From contig NC_134031.1 of NCBI RefSeq assembly GCF_964204645.1, positions 12,836,088-12,900,087 of the forward strand: a DNA stretch of 64,000 nt, read 5' to 3'. Source of the stretch: Tubulanus polymorphus. Taxonomy: Eukaryota > Animalia > Nemertea. A model generated the notes under the pieces. That model saw only the letters and a program-made list of their open reading frames with translations. It was not told the origin of the DNA and ran no database searches. Of this stretch, positions 34,039 to 46,300 are shown piece after piece (position 1 is the stretch's first letter; every line of letters begins with the position of its first letter). The position numbers and the translations under genes were made by a program.

Positions 34039-37000
34039 TTAACACGTTAGAATTCTTTTCATTATTCCGTTCTCTTTTGTTTCTTCTCTTTTAGATTTTA
34101 AGTATTCATCTAAATTGCAACCATAAGCAACTGTATGAATTCCATCATCTAAAATATATCTTTTATCATCAAATGGGTTTAGACTAATCTTTTCAATTTC
34201 TTCAATAAACATTTCATGATCTTCACATCTTAAACATCTCATTTTATGTTTTCTAACTTCTTCATTGAATATACAATTGATGTAATCTTTGAAATGAATA
34301 TTCTTTTCTACTACACTTTTGGTTATTCCTTTTAACTTTTTAGCTTCATGTTCTTTAGTTTTATATGAATACATTTTAGATCTAATACCTATGAACTCTA
34401 TCATTTCTTCACCACCTAATTCATCTTTGAATTTACCGGGAACTTTTGTATTATCATTGCTAAACAATTCATGATCTTTAGGATAATTACTGAAATCAAA
34501 ATGATGTTTTAATGTTTTTAAATCATCAGTTATGTTATCAGTTTTTATCTTTAATATGTAAGAATCTGTATCAAAACATAATATTTCTATATGTTTTTCT
34601 CCAAAAAGTGGTTGTAATATATTATAATAGAATTCATACATTAGTAATTTTGATAATTCTAAAACTGATGCTCCAACATAAATTGGTTTATTAAATTTCA
34701 TAGATGTTCTTCTCATCTTAACTGCAGCTAAATTTTCATCAAATATTCTGTTACCTATAAATTTAGGATATGTTTGTAAATGCCTTATCCTTTTGCCATT
34801 ACTAACTAACTCAATATCATTTCTATTTCTAATATATTCACAAGTCTTACCATAGAATGCATTATTCATTAGTTTGAAGAAATCTTTCTCGAAATCAGTT
34901 TTAGCTTTAGTTCTCTGTTTGGTGTTAAAATCTATATATTTTTCTAACCACTTAGATTGACTAAATGAAATATAACTATGTACTTTTTTTTAGAATCATT
35001 CCTTGTTTTAGATAAAACTTTGACATTCTGTAATGTACTACATAATTATATTGATCTTCTTGAGTTACCATTAACTTTTCTGTATGAATATGATTTTCGG
35101 GTTTAATTCTTTTTTGATAATTTGATAATTCTTCATGAGTTACAGTTTTATGTTCGGGACAGTAAGCTAGATTTCTAGATTTAAATTTAATATGTTCAGG
35201 ATATTCTAAATCTACAACAAAGAAGTAACCAGTATCTGAATCATCTGCAATATCTAGAATTCTTTTCTTCCAATCAAATTTATCATTATTTTCATTCTGT
35301 AAAACTTCAGTTAATTCAAATACTCCATAAGGTTGTGGTTCCATCATTGCACAACGATACAAATTATTTGCATCTATATATAATAACTTATATCCAGGGT
35401 TATCATTTACATTGAAATATCTATCACCTAATACACCTGATACTCCTCCTCTTATAGATTTTTCAAATAATAGTAATTGATCTATATTTGTTAACAAATC
35501 CATTTTTATATCTGTAAATTTTAATCCACAATCCCATGTTAAACCTGGTGATGAATAACAATGACAAGGATCAATGTTAAAATATTTTAGGTTTACATCT
35601 CTAAACCTTTCGAATATATCGGTTAATAATAATACATCTGATTTTAAATATAAATCTACTAATTGCCCATGATTTTCTATTTTGAAATGATTCCAAATAT
35701 TCAATGTTCTATTATATACTTCATCTTTAACATATTCATTTTTTAATTCATCATAGAATTGTTCTTTCAATAATTCAGTTATATTGAAATCATTATAATT
35801 TTTATAGAAAGCATATGGAATTGCGCCTTTATATCTCATTAATTGGTAATCATCATTATTTGGATAGTGTTGTTTTAATATTTTTAATTCATCATCAACT
35901 AATGATTTATGAACTATTAACTAGTTATTACACTACTAATAACTTATTATTACACTAGTTATCTAATGAACTATTTAAAAATCTATATGAATCTATAAAT
36001 CTTAAACACCCAAATTGGAATGATATATAATTCTCTGATGTTTTAGCTAACATTCTAAATTTATAAGTTGGAATTTTATCTTTTGATCTATTTGAATTTA
36101 ATCTTTCTATTTCATTATTAATTTCTTCTATTTTATTACATAACTGTTTGATGAATAAATGTGCATCATATCCTGATAGATTATGAAATATAACTGGTAC
36201 AAAGTTAATTTTCTTAGCTTGTAAGTTACAATTCTTATGTGCAGCGCCTCTAAACTTTCCATTCAAATGATCATGGTCTCTTACTTTTTTATCTTTATAA
36301 TTAAATATCTTTTCACAATAATAACATTTATCTGCAAACGCAAATGCTTCTTTATCTTCTTCTGTCATTATAATTTCTATATTTGTATTCAATAATTTAC
36401 TAAATCTTATTTCATATTCAATTAATAAGTCACAAAAATGATTGATAACATTTTCATTTCTATAATCATAATATTCACTTTCAATTAGTTCTGGATAATC
36501 AGATTTTATATATAACCCGAAAGCTGCGGCTGATTGATGAATCTTTTTAATAGTATTTGTTTTTGGTGGTTCATCTGAAAAATCATTTTCATTAGAATTT
36601 AATTTCTTTCTTTTATAATATATTTCTTTTCTATCTTGATCAGTTAGTTCTTTATTTAATGATTCAAAATCTCCATATATTACAAATGGTACTTTATTTT
36701 TGTAATCATATTTTTTGAATTCTAATATTTTATCTTTTTCATTTGGTAAAACTAATATACAATAATCATGATTTTCACATAATTGTTTATGATTTAATAA
36801 TGCACTTTCATTACTGAATCTATGTAAACATTTTCTACAAAGATATATTTTATGGAGATCATTTTCTGATTTAAAAAATAAATCTATTTGTTTAATCCAC
36901 ATATAATGATTCTCATAATATAGTATATCTATAACGTCGTTTGAATCATAATCTTTTGATAGGTATAAAGGTTCTAATGTATAATGTTTTATGTTGTTAC

Positions 37001-38052
37001 CTTTTGTATTTAGTAATTTGGTTAAATAAAATACATTTATCTTTATATTATTATCTCTTTCTATTTTTGGGATGTTTTTAATTATAACAGGATACTTATC
37101 TATCTTATAATTATTTTCAATTGTTTATAATGAGTTATTCTAAAACTATGTTGTTTATAATCTTCAACTGGGTGTAAACAACTCATTATAGCCCATAGAA
37201 AACATTTATCACCTTCATTTTGTACGTTTATTACAGCATTAGTTTTAAATGGTAGTTTAATATAACTTGATGCTTCAATATCTGGTTCTTTATAATATGA
37301 TACATTATTTTCATCAATTGGTTTTGATTTAGTTAACTTATTATATTTTGTGTTATAAACATGTAAAGTCATAAATATTATTTCATCAAATATTAAACCA
37401 GATCCTTCAAAATATTTCTCTTCTATTTTAGTTTTTACTTCATTATAACATTTATCTAATTTATCATCTATATATTGTTTAGATATAATATGTTGTGAAT
37501 GAGAATTTATATTATATATTGGTTTATCTTCAGATTTTATGAATTTAACTTTTGATGAAATACTTATTTTAGGATATTCAACATCAGTTATTATTTTTAT
37601 TATTTCATTCATATTTTCTAAATGTTTTTTATTTCCTTCTAATTTTCTTCTTTTTTATTATCTAATGAATTAATATAATTTCTTACATCTTCCATGTATG
37701 GTCTTTTATTGTTTAATTTATTTTTTATGTTTTAAATTGTCTTCTGTTTCTTATCATTATCTTTATCAAAATAATCTTCACCTAAAATATCATTATTCTT
37801 ATTTCTAATATGACTTTTAGATTTTAAATGTTCTTTATAATATCTTTTATCACTGAATGATTGATTACATGTATCACATTTGTATATTTCTCTTTCATTC
37901 TTTAATTCATCTAATTTAGTTTCTAATATATCATCTTCATATTCTAGTTTCAATTTATTCTCTAAATGTGTTTTAGTTTTATTGTGTCTTGCTTTTTGGG
38001 ATTTATCTATATTGATATTACATGTTGGACAGTAGTACTTATTTGCTTCCAT
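34039..38052 (-). pseudogene. pPolB, ~1300 aa: N-terminal zinc fingers, terminal-protein/OTU-like region, exonuclease with embedded EndoVII-like domain, polymerase; several lesions
   Basis: ORFs 38052, 37612, 36902, 35839 and 34869 are collinear. Motifs: CPTC..H..H, CDTC..H..H, EGSG, SSYIKLP, VINVQNEGDKCFLWAI, HYMWIK, IYGDFES, CYYC..VRDHDHLNGKFRGAAHKNCNL, FHNLSGYDAH, YIDANNLY, KLMNNAFYGKT, DTDS, KVPGKFKDE, RSKMY, KKLKGI. Confidence 0.95.
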
Positions 38053-38255
38053 TTTAATACTAAATTTTTTATTAAAATTGATAGAAGTTCAATGATTTAT
38101 ATCATGTATTATTTCAATCACACTTTACTAACACTTTTAATGTTTAAAAATCTAACTCACACAAATATGAATATTGAAATAATGTTGTAAATATATACTT
38201 TTATATTGAATAATCTGTCAATTTAAATGTTATTCATTTACATGAATATTTTAAG

Positions 38256-38665
38256 AGTAATAGGGGAATTGGGCTTTCAGGTTAAAGGTTGAATGGTCGA
38301 GTTCATTAAAAACAAATATTAAAAGTAATTTAAAACTATAATATATTTTCATAACCGTGTGTATTTCAGTTGAATAATAGAATAATTATTATTATTTGAA
38401 TATATTTGATTATATGAATTTGTGTATTGTAAATAAATCAATTGGTCACGGAGCGGAGCGGTAGCGAAGTGGAGCGACCAATTGATTTAATACAATATGC
38501 TTTTAAAATTTAAATCATTAATATCCTAGAATAAATATTTAGTTATGATATAAAATACACACGGTTATGAAAATATATTACAGTTTTAAATTACTTTTAA
38601 TGTTTTGTTTTTTAATGAGCTCGACCGTTCGACCTTTGGCTTGAAAGCCCATTACCCCTATTACT
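38256..38665. repeat. ~410-bp imperfect terminal palindrome of element B with a GC-rich apical loop
   Basis: agtaataggggaattgggctttca...aatatattttcataaccgtgtgtattt pairs with aaatacacacggttatgaaaatatatt...tgaaagcccattacccctattact. Inner stem taaatcaattggtc / gaccaattgattta surrounds acggagcggagcggtagcgaagtggagc. Confidence 0.93.
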
Positions 38666-38914
38666 AACACTTCTCTTAATGGAACAGACCGCGAAAGTGA
38701 CTTTCTCCGCAGCGCGAGTTTTGAAGGGCTAACGACCTACCAACTCAACAGAGAACAAGACACTGACAATAAACGGTTAAAGGAAATGTACAAAGTAAGG
38801 GGAAAATTAACGTCGAACCCCTCGTCTGAAGACATTAAAACGCTGAAACATCGTATCTCAGCGAGAGAAGAGGAAATAACACGCCGTAAAGCCAATATCA
38901 ACAAGAAGAAATGA
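38666..38914 (+). pseudogene. Probable C-terminal remnant of LINE ORF1
   Basis: An open 82-codon frame starts at the Polinton terminus and ends ...EEEITRRKANINKKK* about 200 bp before ORF2. Confidence 0.5.
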
Positions 38915-39110
38915 CTAAGCGGTAAGAGAATTCTACCAAAGCGCACTGATTTTGCCATTTAATTCATGAATATTAGACCTTTTAGGTATATTTGGGAAAC
39001 TGAAATGCTAAACAGATTAATTGAACAGGCTTCGAAAACTCTCTCGGTTTGTGAAATTAGGAAAATTGTAACAAAGTATGAAATGATTAATTCTTGTAAA
39101 CCTCTGTAAG

Positions 39111-42100
39111 ATGGCTACTGATGGTATGAAAATAGCGAGTCTCAATTGCAATGGACTCGTAGCCTCAAAAATCAAAAGACTCAATATTTTTGATCGGCTA
39201 AAGCATTCTGATATATTTCTCCTCCAGGAGACGCATATAAGGAATGAGGACGAGGCAAAAACCCTTTTTAAAAGTATAAGTAAAGAATACGAAATTTTCA
39301 CCAATAATAATATTAATCGTATTAATGGGGTAGCAATCGGGATAAGTAGAAAATCTCATTTCGACCTGGGACATTGTACCAGAGATACACAAGGTCGCGG
39401 AATATGCTTAAAATTATTGATCGGTAATAAGAGATATAAAATAATCAATATATACGCTCCAAGTAAAGACAGGCAAAAGAAAGAGTATTTTCAATCAATT
39501 CCAGATCTTATTGGTAACGCTGAAAACACGAAGGTAATTATCGATGGAGACTTTAACTGTATAGAAAATTATTCCTTAGATAGACAATCAGCTCATTCCA
39601 ACCCTAAGGCAACATATGGTGCTGAACAATTAGCCCAATTGTGTAGTTCATATCGTTTAGAGGACCCATTGAGGGCCTTAAACCCTGCAAAGAAGGCTTT
39701 TACTAGATTAACTAATGTCAATAATACAATTACTATGACTAGAATCGATAGATTCTATGTCTCTCAATGTGTCACTAGCGATATAGAAACAATAGCGCAC
39801 TTAAATTCAATCCATTCAGATCACAAACTAGTGTCAATGACTATACGCACAAACCAACTACCAAAAGGCAAAGGATTTTGGCATCTAAACAATGACCTTT
39901 TGAATAACGAAGAATACATCGAGTTAATAACCAACACTTGGAGCAAGTGGCAAAAACACAAAGTTTTGTATGATAACATCCTTCAGTGGTGGGATGACGG
40001 TAAAAAGTTAATCAAATCCAAGTCTACCCAATTCTCTAAAAAACTTGCCAAATCTAGAAACGAACTGAAACGCAGACTCGAACTTTATGTTTTGGAGGGC
40101 CGAGCAAGTGAAGGTCTGAATTATAATCGTAATAGACTAAAAGATATCATAACAATAATCAAACAAATTGATGATAATAAAACGAAAGGTAACATGATAA
40201 GAGCCAAAAGAATGGAGAGAGGAAGGTTAAAAAACATCCAAATTTTTTGCAAATTTAGAAAAACAAAGAGGAAAAATTAATCGTATAAACGGCCTTTATA
40301 ACGATTTCGAGGAACTTAAAACTGACCAAAATGATATAATGGATATTGAGGTTAGCTTTTAATATAAAAAACTATACACTAGAGAAGTAACCAATCCCGT
40401 TACTCAAGAACGATTCCTACACAATTTACCGCAAGTCCATAACCCAGAGATAATCGATGGACCGATCACGCTTGAAGAATTAACAAATTCGGTTAAATCG
40501 TTTAAGCTAGACAAGTCGCCGGGTATTGATGGATTGTCTAGCAATTTTTATGTTCAATTTTGGCCAATTCTGAAATACGATGTCCACGAAGTCGTGTGTG
40601 AATGTATTCGTTTAAATACAATTACAGAATCTATGAAAATTGGCGTAATCACTCTCATACACAAAAGAGGGGAAAGAACACGCTTAGGAAATTGGAGACC
40701 GATAACTTTACTTTGTACAGACTATAAGATTATAACTAAAACTATTTCAAATAGGTTAATTACTGTTTTGACAGATATTATTAATCCTGATCAAACATGT
40801 AATGTTAAAGGTAGACGGATCCATGACAATTGTCACATAATCCGTGACCTAATCCAGTATACCAACGATGAAAATATTGAGGCCTTTCTATTAGCGATCG
40901 ATCAGATGAAGGCATTTGATCGAGTAGATTGGTCATATATGTTCAAATCCCTGAAATCGTTTGGCTTCGGCGAAAATATAATCAAATACATTGAAATGTG
41001 TTATTCTGATCCCAAGTCTTTGATTAAAAGTAATGGTTTCCTTACAAATCCATTCTCTCTTGAACGAGGAGTAAGACAAGGGTGCCCAATGAGTGCGCTT
41101 CTCTATATTATTGTAGCTGAAACCTTAGCAATTAGAATAAGGCGCGATCCAGAAATTGAGGGTATCACCTTGCCAAACGGGGAAGTGTGTAAAATGAAAC
41201 AATATGCTGACGATACAACCCTAACCTTAACAAGTATTGAATCAATCAAGAAACTTTTCCATGTTCTAACGGAATTTGAGCAATCTTCTGGAGCCAAAAC
41301 AAATAAAGAAAAGACGGAAGGTTTATGGATTGGTGCCTCCAAGAATAGAACGGATAAACCCCTAAACCTAAATTGGTCAAACAGACACATAAAAATATAT
41401 GGCATGTATTTTGGTCTTGGTGACATCGATAAACAAAATTGGGAACGAAAGATTAACACAATTGCAAACATAATAAATCAATGGCGACAGACTAAACTGT
41501 CGTACAAAGGCAAACGGGTAGTTATTAATTCGTTCATTTTACCTGTCTTATGGTATGTCTCAGAAATTTATCCTTTACCCAATATTTACGTCGAACGTAT
41601 TCAGAAAAAAATTAACGGTTTTCTTTGGTCTTATGGTAAACATTATGTAAGAGCGGAGATAATCTATCAACCCTTAAGCAGTGGTGGATTAGCAATTAAT
41701 AACATTAGTTGTAGAGTAATGGCCCAAAGGGCACGAACTATCCTAGTAGAAATGAATCGAAGATCTAAATGGAGAACATTACTGAATTATTATCTTAATC
41801 AAGTGCTAGGACAGGGCTGGATAGATTCCCTTATAAATGAAAATTTCATAAATAGAGAAACTCGGAATTCATACTACAAAAGCCTTTTAACCGCGTGGAA
41901 GTATGTTATGGCTCTCATTGAACCGAAATGGTCGAAGCACGATATTAAGAATAACTTAGTGTTTAATAACCCCTCAATAACTGTCAATGGTAGGACCTTG
42001 AATTATCCAGAATATACTGACATAGGTTTAACAAATATCAAGCATTTCTTCGATGAATACGGTAATTTCAAAGATATTGATAATTTTACGCCGATATTAG

Positions 42101-42918
42101 TAAACGGAGGAAAACACAGCCGAATTTACGCTGCTATACCTCGCGAATGGCGGGTCACCCAGGGTGACGAAACTATTGATGACAATAAAAAGTCAGCTTA
42201 CACAATTAAAATACAGAACTATAGAAAACCATTAGCTGATACTTCGATGCGCGAAATATATAATGCCATAGTCCATGCAAAATTCGGCCACATAAAACCA
42301 ATTAGTCAAAATAAAATCCAAACAATTCTAAACGAACATAACATAAATTGGGCTCAAATATGGGGAGACATTTATCATCCAATAACTGAGAATAAATTAG
42401 GGGATATGCAATGGAGGTTTCTACACGATACCCTAGCTACAACAACTAAACTCGTGACATGGCAAGTTTCTAACGACCCTACCTGTAAAATATGCGGCCG
42501 TGCAGCCACTAATACGGATGTCATAATTGAATGTCCGGCAGCCGTAAGACTTTTTACTAGATTTCAAACGATAATAGCTCAGGTAGCAGAACAACCAGCC
42601 CTCTTAACTAAACGTACAATTTGTTTTGGTTTTTCTAAACAAGCAATCATAAATCCACACAGTAGGCGTATATGTAACTATTTGATAACTGTCTTGAAAT
42701 GGACACTGTATAAGAATCATCGCAAGACATGCGCAGGAGAAACTGAACTAGATATGAAAAATTATGCTCGAAATTTTATAGCCAAACGATTGAAACAGGA
42801 GATTACGGCTAGGAAAAATATTAATGTTTGGACTCAAAATGAAACACTGATCAGATGCAACGGAAATAATTACTTTATAAATGAAATAGCACTCAGTACG
42901 ATTAATGATATTTTGTAA
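39111..42918 (+). pseudogene. LINE ORF2: AP endonuclease + reverse transcriptase, frameshifted around 40210-40370
   Basis: EN motifs SLNCNGL, LLQETH, NIYAP, GDFNC, RIDRFY, SDHK. RT motifs KSPGIDG, NWRPITLLCTDYKI, AIDQMKAFDRVDW, RGVRQGCPMS, QYADDTT. C-terminal CKICG...ECP. Confidence 0.95.
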
Positions 42919-43385
42919 GGCCAGAAAAGAGCGTTTAGGTTTCTGTAAATAGCAATTAAATCGTTTTATACATACTATACATGAGACTGTGAATGATGAC
43001 TTGATATTTCTATACTAGACAAAAGTATTCCTATTTTGTAAATATAAAGAATAATTTGTGTCATTTCGGATAATGTGTAAATATTGGAAAGAGTTAAACG
43101 ATGTATGTATGATGTGTAGTGAAATGTTCCAGTTAATGCAGTTTGAATAGTCTTATTATACATATACGACTGTTACTAACCAGTGTTAATGAATAACGTT
43201 TAAATCGAATTGAAAAGAATTAAATATACATTTATGATTGCTTGGAATATGATGTAAATACCTCCAGTCCCCCACCTGACTCCATAGGGTGTGATGTAGT
43301 TGTTATGGAGCTTTCCTTTTGTAAAATAAAGTTTATATGTAAAAAAAAAAAAAAAAAAAATAATAATAATTCTTTCGGCTAAGGG

Positions 43386-46300
43386 TCAGAGGTATTTGTT
43401 GGACTGATGGTTGAAAATCGTGATCAGAAATGGAATTTGAACGTCGTTTTAAAACTACGTGTATTGTTGCTACTATGGTAATAAAATCTGACGATTTTCC
43501 GCTATCTCATTTCTGTCGGAAGTTCGTCGGAAAATCGTCGTTAATCCTATCCGTCGGTAATTAGTCGGTAAATAACCCCTATACAACCGACGATATCAAA
43601 CAGACAATTAAACACTTAATTACCATCTAATTACCGACATTTAATCGACCAAATAACCGCTCATTTACCGCAAGGGTCAATAGTTCAGTCGATTCAATCG
43701 TCGAATTCTCGGTATTTTTAGGATATGAAGGTGCCGAAATCATCCCGTAGTATCCCATGTGGATCAACATAGCCATGTAATCAGCTGACCCCTAGGTGGC
43801 GCTCCTTATCCAGCAAGGCAGAAACCCGTTATCGCTGCTTTGCAGCTATATTTATTTTTATTTTTCCCTTTTCCACACAGTTTTTTGTTAAAAGTGTAAA
43901 GGCTTCCTTACCTTACCGCTGTCGCCGATACAATCGTATCATACAAACGTATGATATCCTTCTGCTCACTTCAATCTCCAGATACTGCATGGGAATTTTG
44001 ATAAATCCAACATCGGAAATATGGCTCCGTTAAATTAGTAGCCATGTTGTGTTTTCTTTCCGACATTTCTCCCAGATTTTTTAGGAAGAGCTATCGAATC
44101 ATTCCCTATCTTCCCCACAATCAATTTCAAATTCAATTTTATGAATTTATTGCTCAGCGGGTTTACGCGTCCGGCGTTCGCGTGTCTGACAGGTTTACGG
44201 GCATTTGTTTGGAACCTCTTTAATATTTTTGATTTCTTGTTATTCCGGTTATTTCATTTAAGTATATTGCTGATCAGTTCATGTAACCAAAAGTGTCAAT
44301 AAACAGATTTTGAATTGATCAAGTTTAAATCAAGGTCGTTGAGTCGCGGATGGCTACTAGAATTACGTTCGTCTCAGAGAGAAAACAAACGACAGAAAAG
44401 TATCAGGTGATTATCGATAGCCTACTACGGTACACACAGTTGACAAATAGTGTTAGGCCTGTGCCGGTTGGTGCGTGCTGGGACTAAATATACTGGTTGG
44501 TCAGTTGGTTCGGTTGTGAAGTGTGGAAGCTAAGAAAGCCTACCGGTATTTATTTGTCTATAAGGCCTATTATATAGTAGCCAATACCATTTTAAGTACG
44601 TAGTTGTTACCCGTACGTGACTGTACAAGGTGATCTCCACAGGTTAACCGTACGTGAGTTCCCTACTAACGCCGTATGTGAGTTCCTAGTAGCCAATACC
44701 ATTTTAAGTACGAAGCTGTTACCCGTACGTGACTGTACGGTGATCTCCACTGGTCAGATGCAAGTCTTATACTAATAATTTCTCTAATTGCTTTATCAGA
44801 AAATATATTTAAATCTTCTAATTCTTGATCTGTTGCATCAAGTAACCCATTTGGTAAAAGTTTTTCAATTGGAACTTTATTTGATTTAAGTTTACTAGTT
44901 TTGGAAGTTATATTCTGTTCAGAGGTTGTTTCTGTTTCTAAATTATTATTGATTATTTCAAATAATTCATTAATTCCTTGTCTAAAAACTCTTTTATTTT
45001 GATTTATTTCTGTGTCGGTAACATTTTCTATTTCATTACTATTACTTATTCTTTTAATTCTAGATTCTGCTAATATTTTGTTTTGATTTTTATAAGTGAT
45101 ATTAATTTAATAATCATCTTTCAAATGATAATAATATTCACCATCTAAAAATTTTAATTATCTTACTAAATATCTGGCACCTCTACCATTTATATTATAT
45201 CCAGATCTTTCAAATATATGTTTGAAATTATAAATAGGCAAGATGTGTGTTAACTCAGCGCAGATAACGAGTGTCGGAAATACAGTGGATTCCTTGGAAC
45301 TAGGCTGGTGCGTCGTCCTTCTAGTTTATACGTCCATGCTCAAACTAATGAACCTTGCGACTCAGATTCGACTCAGAAACTAGGAATTGCTAGCGTATTG
45401 GATATAAATAAATATCCGTCATTGGCGAAACTGCTCAGGATTACTGTATTTGTATTACGATTCATTGAACGGATTACGTCAAAGAAAAACATTACAACGA
45501 ACAATGAGATTCAAGCTAGCGACATTCGATATGCGGAAAAATTATGGGTGAAATCTGTTCAGTCTGCCGCGTATTCTTATGAAATAACCATACTCAGAGA
45601 CAATTTCCCATTTCTCCCATTTCATAAGCTTCTCCACCTTCTACATCCATTTATATCTTATAAAAATTAAAATTTAAAATATAATATTCCTACTATTACA
45701 ATTCCTATACAAGTTATAGCTAATTTAGTATTTCCATGTGACTTATTATCATTATTACTTTTAATTATATCATGTTGAATAATATCAGTTTTTATATTTT
45801 CTGTAGTATTGCAATCATTTATTTTAGAATCATTATCCAATTTAATATTCTTAGTTTAATAGTCTATATTTAATAGTTTTAGTTTCTGTTGATTGAATAT
45901 GTTTTTTAAGTTTTTCACCTTCGATTAATTTTGGAGCGGTGATAGTCTTTTTATTTATATCATTTAATCCAAACTTATTATTTATTGTTGCAATTTTAAT
46001 TATAATATTATAACCAACTATATTTCCCATTTTTAATATTAAATCATTTGAAATAATTAACAAATTAGGGCCTATACAATAATTTAATCTCACATGTGGT
46101 TTATCTAAATAATTTTGATACCTTACAATGTTTTCTGGAATCGATCTATTTTTATCATTATGAATAGATCTTCAAATAAAAATTTAAATTGTTTTTGTGT
46201 ATCAAATGATGTATTTAAATGTCCAATTATTGGAGATCTTGTTTCAACTTGAGCGCCTAGTATGCAAATCAAATAAGTTCTAATTTATTGATTTATTCTT

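Larger units (their letters stand above)
23170..38665. mobile_element. Near-complete Polinton/Maverick-like virus (adintovirus-like), element B; left boundary uncertain
   Basis: Very AT-rich, tightly packed intronless ORFs: rve integrase and A32-like ATPase (+), converging on MCP, minor capsid, membrane genes and pPolB (-). Right terminus ...CCCCTATTACT fits the Polinton 5'-AG..CT-3' rule. Confidence 0.93.
38666..43360 (+). mobile_element. 5'-truncated L1/Tx1-clade non-LTR retrotransposon
   Basis: ORF1-like tail, ORF2 (APE + RT + Cys motif), 3' UTR, AATAAA at 43325-43330 and an A20 tail at 43341-43360. Confidence 0.93.

Noticed and set aside
20938-38665. One 17.7-kb Polinton with TIRs at 20938 and 38665
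   Set aside because: The ends are homologous but quite diverged, both are polymerase-proximal ends, there is no TSD (gatgag or acgatg versus aacact), and host-like DNA at 22270-23170 intervenes. Two elements are more likely, although one is not fully excluded.
27678-41471. Antisense ORFs (27678, 28617, 34512, 37966, 38737, 39017, 41103; also 9464 and 49430)
   Set aside because: Shadow frames opposite well-supported genes, lacking the TAAATG context and any motifs.
43361-43390. U2 snRNA target site of a Keno-like Tx1 element (ctttcggctaag resembles U2 CTTTTGGCTAAG)
   Set aside because: Only ~12 nt with a mismatch, not followed by the rest of U2, and not at the expected insertion position.
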